From Candidatus Thorarchaeota archaeon (GTDB lineage Archaea; Asgardarchaeota; Thorarchaeia; Thorarchaeales; Thorarchaeaceae): a DNA stretch of 64,000 nucleotides. Under the pieces are notes generated by a model that had not been told where the DNA came from, made no database searches, and was given only the letters and a program-made list of their open reading frames with translations. Location: positions 31,976 through 95,975 of the forward strand of contig JAFGAR010000025.1 of the NCBI GenBank assembly GCA_016933575.1, given 5' to 3'. Shown here in pieces: positions 53,755 to 62,894 of this stretch. Position 1 is the stretch's first letter, and every line of letters begins with the position of its first letter. The position numbers were made by a program, and so were the translations under genes.

Positions 53755-55371
53755 TCACGTGGACCAACCTATCTGATAGACTGCCATATTGTCAGATCCG
53801 CACACAACATTATCAACCAGATGTGCTCGAAAAACCTCTATTACAGTTCCTCCGCGGCTACCTATTGCCCACCTGAGTCCACCAAACCATTCGACATAAA
53901 ACACAATATAGGTACAATTCATCGCTTCAAGATACTCTACCTGTGATGTAAGATTTGTATAATCATGTAGAAGTGCTGGCGTGACTAGACCGTATATATC
54001 AAGGACTGTACCATTTGTGAAGTACCCAATTGCTCCTACATCATAGGTCCCGATGACTGCACCTTCGGGTACATTCTCAACAATCCACTCTGATATCGTG
54101 ACCTGCATGTCTTCGATATTGCTTGCTTGGTTTGCATGAATGTTGATGTATCCAACCGTGGCTGTCAAAGACGGCACAAAGAGAAGGAATGTAATCATGA
54201 GTGCTAATAGTGTATTAAGCTCTTGATTGGCAGGTATATCCGGACCTCTGGATTTTCCCATTCTCTCAATCACAAGTACGAGACCGCAAACAAATCCAAC
54301 CGCAAGAAGGTCGAAGAGCGGAACGAGATATCTAGCTGCAAACAACAACGACATTCCTGGCATTGTAAGTCTATATAATACAAACAACGATGTCGTCAAA
54401 ATCAACTCATATGGTCTTCGTTTCAACAAAAGCAGGATAACCCCTCCAAAGAACCCAAGTGCAAGGTAGGGCTCTAGTGGCAACCATGCAGTATACCAGT
54501 AGAAATCCCAATAGTCAATATCAATCTGAGAAACTCCCCATCTCAGCTTTGAATAGTAAGAATCGGGAAGAGGTAGTCCTGTGGTATTATAACAATGCAG
54601 AATCCAAGGCAACACCACCAAGGCTGCCAGCACAAACATGAGTATGACTGTGAGGACTCTTTCTTTCTTCAGCCTATCCTTATACAGAACAACCAATGAA
54701 CGAATTGGTAAGCACAGAGCAGCTAGCAGAACAAATTCTGGTCTGCACAAATAGGCAAATCCTGCGAGTACTCCAAGGACCAAATCGTATCTCTTATCCG
54801 GACGAGGTAGAAGAAGGAGTGCGAGAAGTATCACCATCATTGCAAGTGGCGTTTCCATCCCTGAGAGCATTAATCCTGCATTTCTAGGTACTAACACAAA
54901 GATGACTTGACCTAGTATTGCATAGTACCATCGTTCTGTATGTTGTTTCACAATCTCACCAACAAGAAATACGTCAATGATATAGAATAAGCCTGAAATT
55001 ACTAAGACTGATGTGACCACAGTATCATGATCGTACCCAAATAGAAAGATGGGTGACAGTACAACTGACCAGAGAGGCCCTGATGAACCCGTGCTCGGAA
55101 TTCCCCATGCATATTCCCAAGGTCTGCCTTCAAAGATGGTCCTGGCATATTGGACATGGATCCATGAATCATCAAAAGAGAATCCATAAACACCCCACGA
55201 TGCCATTACATATTGAACATTTATGATCGATAAGATGGTAATTATGATTGCTGAGGTGAGTGTGAATTTCCATGAATCTACTCCAAAGGTCAGAATCCGT
55301 TTAAGAACTAGCAAAATCGTGGATAATTCGAATCTTGGTTCTGTATCAGCAGTCTCTTGAGAATCCGCCAT
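53755..55371 (-). CDS. Polytopic membrane protein, GT-C-type glycosyltransferase-like
   Basis: 538 aa with about 12 TM helices. An early loop motif FDDSWIHVQYART...GSSGPLWS resembles the acidic first-loop motif of GT-C enzymes, and there is a soluble C-terminal domain. The assignment is tentative. Confidence 0.4.
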   Translation of the reverse strand: MADSQETADTEPRFELSTILLVLKRILTFGVDSWKFTLTSAIIITILSIINVQYVMASWGVYGFSFDDSWIHVQYARTIFEGRPWEYAWGIPSTGSSGPLWSVVLSPIFLFGYDHDTVVTSVLVISGLFYIIDVFLVGEIVKQHTERWYYAILGQVIFVLVPRNAGLMLSGMETPLAMMVILLALLLLPRPDKRYDLVLGVLAGFAYLCRPEFVLLAALCLPIRSLVVLYKDRLKKERVLTVILMFVLAALVVLPWILHCYNTTGLPLPDSYYSKLRWGVSQIDIDYWDFYWYTAWLPLEPYLALGFFGGVILLLLKRRPYELILTTSLFVLYRLTMPGMSLLFAARYLVPLFDLLAVGFVCGLVLVIERMGKSRGPDIPANQELNTLLALMITFLLFVPSLTATVGYINIHANQASNIEDMQVTISEWIVENVPEGAVIGTYDVGAIGYFTNGTVLDIYGLVTPALLHDYTNLTSQVEYLEAMNCTYIVFYVEWFGGLRWAIGSRGGTVIEVFRAHLVDNVVCGSDNMAVYQIGWST

Positions 55372-55480
55372 CTAGAAGACTCCATTCTTATCTATAGGCT
55401 CCGTTTGGAATCGATGGTGAATATTAATGTTCACTCCTACGAGGCTAAGCAACTGTATTATTCTATACAATTACTCTGTG

Positions 55481-55858
55481 CTACACGTAGGTGATTGTCC
55501 ATCTCTGATTACAGTGTGCCTTTGACATGTGATATTCTGGATGATTGACCCCGAAAACCACTGCCTCCCATCTTCCTCTCTCAACACCACAGAGTTCAAA
55601 GAGAGCCACTCCATTCGAATCTGTTGATTTCGAAAGTGAGAATTTTGAACCATTAGGACTGTTGATTACTAGATCAACATTTCCATGGCGCACTGGTTCT
55701 CCACATAGACTCAGAACAGAAACTGCAACTTTCAAATTTTGTTGGTCATTGACATATGAAGTGACGACATCAACGGATTCAACGCACATCTCGGTTCGAT
55801 TTTTCTGGTAAAAATAATCTTCTTTAAGATAGGACTCTTCATACATCGCCATAACCAC
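55481..55858 (-). CDS. Small beta-sandwich (CarboxypepD_reg / MG-like) protein
   Basis: GEPVRHGNVDLVINSPNGSKFSLSKSTDSNGVALFEL resembles the Ig-like regulatory-domain pattern. The protein is 125 aa. Confidence 0.4.
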   Translation of the reverse strand: MVMAMYEESYLKEDYFYQKNRTEMCVESVDVVTSYVNDQQNLKVAVSVLSLCGEPVRHGNVDLVINSPNGSKFSLSKSTDSNGVALFELCGVERGRWEAVVFGVNHPEYHMSKAHCNQRWTITYV

Positions 55859-55955
55859 AATGATAGATGAGTAAAATAGATATATATAGTTTGTTTACAA
55901 TTATACCAAGGTAATTCCGTAAAAACACCTATATTCATGTGTTTACAGAAATTCC

Positions 55956-56459
55956 ATGGTGATTCATATGAGACCTGCAAAAAGAATGCTCCTTACCATC
56001 ATGTTAGCTGTGATGGTCATGTCCTTTCTCACTGGGAATGCACAGGCCACCAGCTTTAGTGATGGTGGCGGCTCACTGATGGTGTCTATTGAATCTGCGG
56101 ACTATCTGGCTCTGGGTACAGACCAGATCGAAAATGACATTCTGACGGAGTTTACTTTGTCCTTACCAAATGGGTATTGGGTATATGGTTGGACCTATAT
56201 CTACTGCGAAATTGAACTACCTTCTGGCGGATACTATTACACCGAACTATTAGTGTTAGCATCCTACTCACGACTGAGTCTTACCCTTGCTTGGCATAAT
56301 ACTGCCACAGAAATCGGATGGTATACATTCTTTGTATACGCGAATATTCTTGGACAGAATGTACTAAGACCTGGTACTGACTCATTGATGTTTGATCCTC
56401 CAACAGATGGTGACGCAGGCCCTCCTCTACTCGAAATTATCCAAGTGGTAGCAAACTAG
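55956..56459 (+). CDS. Small secreted protein (uncharacterised)
   Basis: Signal peptide MRPAKRMLLTIMLAVMVMSFLTGNAQA (likely start 55968), followed by a beta-rich 130 aa. Confidence 0.55.
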   Translation: MVIHMRPAKRMLLTIMLAVMVMSFLTGNAQATSFSDGGGSLMVSIESADYLALGTDQIENDILTEFTLSLPNGYWVYGWTYIYCEIELPSGGYYYTELLVLASYSRLSLTLAWHNTATEIGWYTFFVYANILGQNVLRPGTDSLMFDPPTDGDAGPPLLEIIQVVAN

Positions 56460-56495
56460 CATAACGACAAGCAATAGGAACAAGGAGATCATAAT

Positions 56496-57581
56496 GTGAA
56501 CGGTCTGACAGGGGCATACCTATCCCTGCTTATGGCAATACAGGAAAACCCCCTTTCAACTGTATCAGACCTTGTCAAAAGGGTTGAAGGTTCAAAACCA
56601 ACAATCATTAAACGACTGACTTTCCTCAGAGAAAACAAGTATTTCAATGTAAAAGCTCTCTTGAACAATCACAATCTTGGATTTGAGCCAATCGATCTTC
56701 TTCTAGATACAAAAAATCTGAAAGCTGTCGAAAAACTGGAAAAGGTAGCCACCAATCATCCATATACTGTATATCGAAGCCGCTGTTTTGGTTCTCATAA
56801 TGGTCTCTTCCTGCAGTTCCGTACACCTATCGGAACCCGCAATCTGATCGAGGAACTTGTGAAGATTTTAAGAGATGATGGAGTCGTTACCAACGATCTC
56901 ATCTTCTCAATGGGTGACGAACCAACAATCAATTCATCAATGCAACTGGATTGTTGGGACTTCAAGACCATGAGTTGGAGTTTCGATTGGGTAAAATGGT
57001 TTGAAACAGATTATGAAATTATACGCTCGCAAAAACCTAAGGAGAAACTTGGTTCTGCACTTGAGTGGCTAACAAAGAATGATATGTACATTCTTCAACA
57101 ATTGATGATTGGAGCTAAGCGACATAATGCTGATATGATTCGTTCGATTGAAGATTTGGGGATTTCAATAACTCCTCAGACTTTTGGTCGACGCCTCAAG
57201 ACATTGGATGAACAATGTGTGGAAAAGTATCGTGTGAGTTTTAATCCGCGAGCCTTTGATATTATAACAAACATTGTTATTCGAGGGGAAGGCAAGAGGA
57301 AGTATCTTCGTAAATTGTACTCGAGAATGAATAAAGACCCAATCCCCTTTGAGTCATCATTCAGGGTTTCGGACACTGAGCTATATTGGTTTGTCCGAAT
57401 GCCTCCTTCTCATCTCTCATCTCTCTTAACGAACCTCCATTCCAACCTTGAGAATATGTCTGTTTCGATTATTGATTATTCACAATCATTTCTCTATTCA
57501 ATATGGCCTGAAACCCTTGATGAGGATAATCACACTTGGCGTCAAGATCGAGCGTTTATGATTGACCAAGCCCTGAAGTAA
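56496..57581 (+). CDS. Tandem (wHTH + Lrp/AsnC-like) double-module regulator, paralogue of 43872..45008
   Basis: GTG start after AAGGAG. There are two HTH segments (LSTVSDLVKRVEGSKPTIIKRLTFLRENKYF and NADMIRSIEDLGISITPQTFGRRLKTLDEQCV) and a Trp-rich linker TMSWSFDWVKWF. Confidence 0.6.
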   Translation: MNGLTGAYLSLLMAIQENPLSTVSDLVKRVEGSKPTIIKRLTFLRENKYFNVKALLNNHNLGFEPIDLLLDTKNLKAVEKLEKVATNHPYTVYRSRCFGSHNGLFLQFRTPIGTRNLIEELVKILRDDGVVTNDLIFSMGDEPTINSSMQLDCWDFKTMSWSFDWVKWFETDYEIIRSQKPKEKLGSALEWLTKNDMYILQQLMIGAKRHNADMIRSIEDLGISITPQTFGRRLKTLDEQCVEKYRVSFNPRAFDIITNIVIRGEGKRKYLRKLYSRMNKDPIPFESSFRVSDTELYWFVRMPPSHLSSLLTNLHSNLENMSVSIIDYSQSFLYSIWPETLDEDNHTWRQDRAFMIDQALK

Positions 57582-57629
57582 ATTAATTGTTACTCGGAAT
57601 TCGAATAATCGATTTACACACCAAATTAT

Positions 57630-59873
57630 TCACTTCCCGCTAGGCAGAACTATCTGAACCGAAATTGAGAGTGTGTTTCCTGACGCTAATTCCGAATGCC
57701 ACTTCATAGAACCTTTGAAGAGACCTATCAATCTTTTTGCATATCCGAATTCCACGACATCATCAGGGTACACTTCTGTATATCTTCGTATAAATCCAAG
57801 AGATTCATCAATCTTGTGAACTCCCACTATGATATCAAGAACAATTTCTATTGAACCCTCTACATTTGGAGCCTCTTCAAGAATACCTATACCTAGCACC
57901 TCTATTGATCCAAGTCTTTTCATGACTCCGTCGAGAAGATAATAGAATCCATCTTCTAAGAGACTATTAGCAAGCACCAGTCCATGAATCCTATCCTTAT
58001 CTTTGATCTGTCTAACTGAATCCGGAATTCCTAAACGATTTGCTGCGCATCTAATGGAATCTATTGCATCGATAGTCTCCAACGTGCTTCTATCGAAGCT
58101 GTTTCCTGAAATCAATATTTGCAGATATCTCGTTAGTTCATTTGCTGATGAAATCTTGTCTAGGATTAATGTTATTGAATCTCTTCGGTCATCGGTCATC
58201 TTTACATCCATGGCCAGATTTGAGAGTAGATCGATCGCAGTTTCTTGGTGACCAACAATGGCATTTGATACCAATTCGGAGTATAGGGATGCATCGACGG
58301 TGGCGCTTTCGAACTTCTTTGTTTCATCCAAATACATGAGGAGTAGTAGGAGTGACAATCCTATTATGGAAAGTAACATTATTGCTTCAGCTACCCACCA
58401 TCCCGGTGTGGCGTATCCAAAATTGGTCTTCAGAATAATGATGACAACCCATATTGACACAAGAGCGGCTCCAACTGAATCAAAAGTAAATTTTCCTCCA
58501 GAAGATGCAGTCAAAAGGAGTATATAGGTCAGAAGACAGTAGAGGGAAATGTAACTCAATCCCAACATGATTGATAGTCCTATGACTGCTTCTGTAATTC
58601 CAAATATTCCTATAATGACCTCAGTTCTGAGTAGTTCTCCAATGAATATTAGAATGGGAGAACCAATTACCACCAAAATGATGGTACTATTAGAACTCAA
58701 GAGTTTGTTCTGGTGTGGATTGAGTACCCTCCTTATTGCGAGGAATAACAAGAAAGATGAAAGGACACTGCCACAGATATATGGTGTTAGAGTCTCTGAA
58801 GCAAATCCATACGCGGGAGTGAAGTGTGAAAACACTATAGCTAGCTCTGAAATCATCCAATAAAGAAGCAAGGAAATGATAGCAATCTGTCCCGGACTTG
58901 AATAGTGTCTTAATTTGCTATAGAGTGTGTATGCCGAAATTCCTGCGAGCATTGCACCTCCCATGTGAACTATAAGAGTGGCACCAATGTCAATAATTAC
59001 TTCACTACCAATGAGTGCTTCAATTAGATGAGAAATAATGAAGGGTACGATAGCTAGGATTGTTGTTACTATTGTAATAACATAAGCAATGTTTTCATTC
59101 ACACTGATATCAAGAAGATATGTATAGCTAATTGCAATATTTGCTATAATCAGAGCAAGAGCAATGAGAGCTATCGACACAATCCACATCGATGTTGGGC
59201 TTGGAAGGATTAGAATATGATTGACCGAAGCTCCAGCAAATAATAGAAAACCTATCATCAATCGAAAAGGATCGTTTGTTTTGATACTATCTCTCCTCTG
59301 GTACATTCTGAGAGCTGCAGCTAAGTACGATATCACTGCAATAATCCCAGCAAGATATCCTGTTATTAGAAAGACACTGTTATCAAATGGAAGTCTTGCA
59401 AAAACGATTGAAACTCCAAAGATAAGCGTGCCAATGAGTATCAAGATGAAAGGAGTCTGCTTTCGCTCCCAGATGGAATTCTCCTTCTTGATGAACTGAT
59501 CCAGACTACTATAGAGAAGAATTAGAATCCCCGTTGTTGCTAAAGCCACGAGGTTCAAGAAAATCCCTGCTGTCTGCACATGAATTACTGGTATTTCTTC
59601 GGTTAGTATATAGAAGATTGCTGCCCCTGAGAACACAATTGATGCATAACCTGTACAAGCAAAAAGGGCATTGTTTGATGGTGTTGGTTCCATTCTAACT
59701 CTGTTTGCAGCACTTGCACTTATTGCAACACATAGAAATGCAAGGATTGAGTAATAGGCTGTTGCAGCACCTGGTGTTTGCCATGGTAGGTTACTCGTTG
59801 ATAGGAGAAAGATGATTGGTATTATAATGAATAGACTGATAATCAATCTGATCCGGTGATATCTCGAGGTCAA
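57630..59873 (-). CDS. Polytopic membrane protein with C-terminal degenerate histidine-kinase-like cytoplasmic domain
   Basis: About 14 TM helices over roughly 510 aa are followed by a helical segment (AIVGHQETAIDLLSNL) and an alpha/beta C-terminus. I could not find clear N, G1 or G2 ATP-binding boxes. Confidence 0.35.
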   Translation of the reverse strand: MTSRYHRIRLIISLFIIIPIIFLLSTSNLPWQTPGAATAYYSILAFLCVAISASAANRVRMEPTPSNNALFACTGYASIVFSGAAIFYILTEEIPVIHVQTAGIFLNLVALATTGILILLYSSLDQFIKKENSIWERKQTPFILILIGTLIFGVSIVFARLPFDNSVFLITGYLAGIIAVISYLAAALRMYQRRDSIKTNDPFRLMIGFLLFAGASVNHILILPSPTSMWIVSIALIALALIIANIAISYTYLLDISVNENIAYVITIVTTILAIVPFIISHLIEALIGSEVIIDIGATLIVHMGGAMLAGISAYTLYSKLRHYSSPGQIAIISLLLYWMISELAIVFSHFTPAYGFASETLTPYICGSVLSSFLLFLAIRRVLNPHQNKLLSSNSTIILVVIGSPILIFIGELLRTEVIIGIFGITEAVIGLSIMLGLSYISLYCLLTYILLLTASSGGKFTFDSVGAALVSIWVVIIILKTNFGYATPGWWVAEAIMLLSIIGLSLLLLLMYLDETKKFESATVDASLYSELVSNAIVGHQETAIDLLSNLAMDVKMTDDRRDSITLILDKISSANELTRYLQILISGNSFDRSTLETIDAIDSIRCAANRLGIPDSVRQIKDKDRIHGLVLANSLLEDGFYYLLDGVMKRLGSIEVLGIGILEEAPNVEGSIEIVLDIIVGVHKIDESLGFIRRYTEVYPDDVVEFGYAKRLIGLFKGSMKWHSELASGNTLSISVQIVLPSGK

Positions 59874-60026
59874 GTCTTCTACTCCCTACATCTGTTTAAG
59901 AAGAAGGTCAAATCTTCCATCACAAATATTTACGGTTTTACCATAATAACTCGTTATAAGGTATATAGAAGAAACATCCGTGATTTTGAAGACTAATAGA
60001 TAGTTCTTTCACAATAGATCTTTCCT

Positions 60027-61475
60027 CTATTCCCTCCTAATCTCTGTGAAAAAGACCTCACATAGAAGTCCAAATCGATCTTCTGCGGTTCTTTGGGAGA
60101 TATCCATGAAATTCAGTGATCCTCTCATGGAATAACACCTCACTCCTGCATTGTTATCTGTTTTTGATGAAGAGGAATCATAGAGTCCCGGTAGGACAAC
60201 AGCTCCAGTTCCGTCCCATGTTACAAAGAAGTCAATAGAATAATGGTCTGAACCAGTATTAGCATGAGCCGTGCCCCCTGCAGTCGAGTTGATCAACTTG
60301 TCCGTGAAGAACGAATTCACGATGATGTAATCGATTCTACCGAGTAGTGGTGCATATTGATGCCCATAGGTGTATCCAATTTCATCAGGATTCAAAGATC
60401 GAAAGACATCAGTGAAGTTATGGACCGCTGAAGAATATTGACCATAGGTTGCATCATCTGGGTCCACTAACATTGTTAGAGGTCCATATCCAAGGTCTTC
60501 ATCCACAGTCACATTATCTTCGGGTGAGTAGGAGTTCAGGTCTCCAAGATAGACAATAGGTACTTCTCCAAGAGTATCCATATAGTTGATGATTCCCTCA
60601 TTCTCAAATTCACGTCTTACCTGATTATCAGAACCTCCTCCTGCTTTGAGATGGGCTCCTATGAAATTGACAGCAGTTCCATTGATATCAATAACTGCAT
60701 GCACAAAATCATGAGTGACTGTATACCCCTGATTACTATCAAGGGTTACCACAGGTATCTGTACGAACTGAAGGATTGGGTACCTACTTAGAATAGCTTC
60801 ACCGCTTGTTGAGAATGCAACATTCAGCGCTGCAAGTCCGGAATATGGTAACTCATCGATAAAATAGGTATTAAACTCTCCAATCACCTGTCGCAGTCCT
60901 GCATATCCATTGTCTTCTAGATAACCAGTTTCTACAAGCATTAGGATATCCGGATTCTCTTCTTTGACGACTTCTTTCCAATCAGCATTGATTCCTGATT
61001 CCTCAATGTTGTAAGACATGATCTTGAATATCCCATCAAATTCGTATTCGGGTATTGCAGTATTATTCACCGTCACTGTAACAGTTGATTGTCCCCAATT
61101 CTGGGAATCATCTCTCGCACGAAACATTATCGTATGAGAACCATCAGACACTTGACCAGTATTCCAATTGTATGCTTGACCCACAGCTACGATCTCTCCA
61201 TCTATGTATACCTCGTATCTCGGTATAGCACTCTCATCAACTGCTGAGAAACTCAGGGCAACAGCTCCGAATAACGAAGATCCATTTTGAGGAATATTAA
61301 CCGTAAGGACCGGGGGCGTCGTATCTCCCGTAGGTATATCTCCTCCAGGCGTTTGAAACGCTAGATATACTATCGCGATTGATGCTACTATAACGATGAG
61401 AACTACACCTCCAATTACTGTATTTCTTGAAACCATGCTGTGCGTACCTCTTGTTACACTACATAATCTATACAA
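60027..61475 (-). CDS. Membrane-anchored extracellular endonuclease/exonuclease/phosphatase (EEP) family protein with Ig-like domain
   Basis: N-terminal TM (VIGGVVLIVIVASIAIVYLAF), an Ig-like module (TPPVLTVNIPQNGS...TVTVTV) and EEP motifs IMSYNIEESG, MLVETG and TGSDHYSI. Confidence 0.75.
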   Translation of the reverse strand: MYRLCSVTRGTHSMVSRNTVIGGVVLIVIVASIAIVYLAFQTPGGDIPTGDTTPPVLTVNIPQNGSSLFGAVALSFSAVDESAIPRYEVYIDGEIVAVGQAYNWNTGQVSDGSHTIMFRARDDSQNWGQSTVTVTVNNTAIPEYEFDGIFKIMSYNIEESGINADWKEVVKEENPDILMLVETGYLEDNGYAGLRQVIGEFNTYFIDELPYSGLAALNVAFSTSGEAILSRYPILQFVQIPVVTLDSNQGYTVTHDFVHAVIDINGTAVNFIGAHLKAGGGSDNQVRREFENEGIINYMDTLGEVPIVYLGDLNSYSPEDNVTVDEDLGYGPLTMLVDPDDATYGQYSSAVHNFTDVFRSLNPDEIGYTYGHQYAPLLGRIDYIIVNSFFTDKLINSTAGGTAHANTGSDHYSIDFFVTWDGTGAVVLPGLYDSSSSKTDNNAGVRCYSMRGSLNFMDISQRTAEDRFGLLCEVFFTEIRRE

Positions 61476-61552
61476 TTTCTCTCATTCCACACTCTCATAA
61501 ATGCCTTGAATCAGTATGTTGCTATTCGAACAGGAGTCTTTATAAGAGTGAA

Positions 61553-61592
61553 ATGTAATACTATTACATGACTAATAGCTATGAGTATTAGT
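61553..61592. promoter_or_regulatory. Two adjacent inverted repeats upstream of the RHH gene
   Basis: ATGTAATA-C-TATTACAT lies at 61553-61569, and ACTAATA-N8-TATTAGT lies at 61571-61592. Both are 30-70 bp upstream of the start at 61624. Confidence 0.5.
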
Positions 61593-61623
61593 ATGCCACT
61601 GATAATCGGGGTATGGTGAGGTA

Positions 61624-61968
61624 TTGGAAATGTCCGGCAAAAAGAAAGCGGAGCGCGTCGCAACAGCTGAGTTGAGTCTGAGAGAGCAGTTACTTGGGAG
61701 ACTGACCAGTGAGGATGGTTCCTCCAAGAAACGTGAGGTTTCTGTCATGACCCGTATGAGTGGTGATATTGTGGAAGTACTCGATGCTCTTGTCGAGCTT
61801 GATATCTTCAAGAGCAGATCCGAGGCTGTTTCAGCTTTTGTTGCTCAGTCTATAAACGATCGAAAGAATCTCTTTGATGAGATAAAGGTGCAGGCTGTTG
61901 AAATTCGCAAGATGAGGGATTCTGCTAAACGTCATGCATTCGAGGCATTTCAAGAAGACTCAACTTAA
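61624..61968 (+). CDS. Ribbon-helix-helix (CopG/Arc/MetJ-type) DNA-binding protein
   Basis: VSVMTRMSGDIVEVLDALVELDIFKSRSEAVSAFVAQSI fits the strand-helix-helix pattern. It has a basic N-terminal arm and a C-terminal helix. Confidence 0.65.
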   Translation: MEMSGKKKAERVATAELSLREQLLGRLTSEDGSSKKREVSVMTRMSGDIVEVLDALVELDIFKSRSEAVSAFVAQSINDRKNLFDEIKVQAVEIRKMRDSAKRHAFEAFQEDST

Positions 61969-62027
61969 CTGACAATATTAGTCAATCCTACATCTGTTTT
62001 CCTGAAAATTATTATTAGAAAAAAGAG

Positions 62028-62105
62028 GGGGGATGTTATCGCATCCCCCACATGTATCCTCTGGGTAGAAACAGAGGATGTCTGCTGCCAGTTTTAGACT
62101 GGCAG
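62028..62105. terminator. Three consecutive hairpins between convergent genes
   Basis: GGGGGATG/CATCCCCC spans 62028-62049, ATCCTCTG/CAGAGGAT spans 62056-62079, and CTGCCAG/CTGGCAG spans 62085-62105. The last hairpin encloses the minus-strand stop codon. Confidence 0.55.
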
Positions 62106-62513
62106 AAGCGTGATGGGACCACGAGGAATGCCCCATAATGGATTATAGAATGGTAGTATCTCTATTGGACCACGTATGATTCCATCTTCTGGATTATAAT
62201 CTGGAGTAATCCAATAACCATCACGAGGGATGCCCCATGTTGGGTTATATGAAGGCGAAACCTCGATTGTTCCTCGGTAGTCCCTTACTTCTAGGGCTTG
62301 TCCTGAATCAAATCCGTTTTCGGTGAACTCATATCCAGTCCCAGAGTCTGATGCAATGATCTCCACATTGCAGGAGCAGAATGCGACATAGAATATAGAG
62401 CCAAAGACAACCACCGACAGAACCAAGAAGACTCCTAGAGCAAGTACAATTCTTGCATTTCTTGAATGACTCATTTTATCTCTCTCCTCTCTTGCATAGG
62501 CCTCTGACATCAC
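62094..62513 (-). CDS. Membrane-anchored small protein with YNPxWGIPRG-type repeats
   Basis: An N-terminal TM (IVLALGVFLVLSVVVFGSIFYVAF) is followed by three C-terminal repeats of about 15 aa: SYNPTWGIPRDGYWI, DYNPEDGIIRGPIEI and FYNPLWGIPRGPITL. Confidence 0.55.
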   Translation of the reverse strand: MMSEAYAREERDKMSHSRNARIVLALGVFLVLSVVVFGSIFYVAFCSCNVEIIASDSGTGYEFTENGFDSGQALEVRDYRGTIEVSPSYNPTWGIPRDGYWITPDYNPEDGIIRGPIEILPFYNPLWGIPRGPITLLPV

Positions 62514-62591
62514 TGCAAAAAATCCTCAGAGTTCACACGACTTGACATCGATTTCATGACACTCCAGTTCCGTTGACTTCACACGAAAGCC

Positions 62592-62703
62592 TTGTAATAG
62601 TATTACATTATATTTGTAATAAACATTTCTATTTCATTATTTATACATTATTATATAGTACGTAATATCTATCACAAATAGTAATATTACAAGAATAATA
62701 TTC
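62592..62703. promoter_or_regulatory. Cluster of TGTAATA-type palindromes in an AT-rich intergenic region
   Basis: TGTAATA-G-TATTACA at 62592-62606 is the reverse complement of the 61554-61568 site. An extra half-site TTTGTAATA follows at about 62612-62620. GTAATATTAC lies at 62680-62689 and AGAATA-A-TATTCT at 62691-62703. Confidence 0.5.
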
Positions 62704-62777
62704 TTACTTATAATTTAAGATATTTCAAACATGACCATCAGTCCGCCTTGACCACATTATTTGAGAATACTATAACG

Positions 62778-62894
62778 CTTTGAAAGAGTGTTTATATATC
62801 AGGCAACATGCCTCTAGTTGTTTATTTATCCCTCTCTAGTGCATTTTCGATTTTTGGAAAAATATTTGACTCTTTCAAAGAGTGTCTAATATAC
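62778..62894 (+). repeat. Direct repeat of a CTTT(G/C)AAAGAGTGT + TA-box element (tandem promoter-like units)
   Basis: CTTTGAAAGAGTGTTTATATATC lies at 62778-62800 and CTTTCAAAGAGTGTCTAATATAC at 62872-62894. The second copy covers the GTG that the ORF track uses as a start. Confidence 0.4.
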
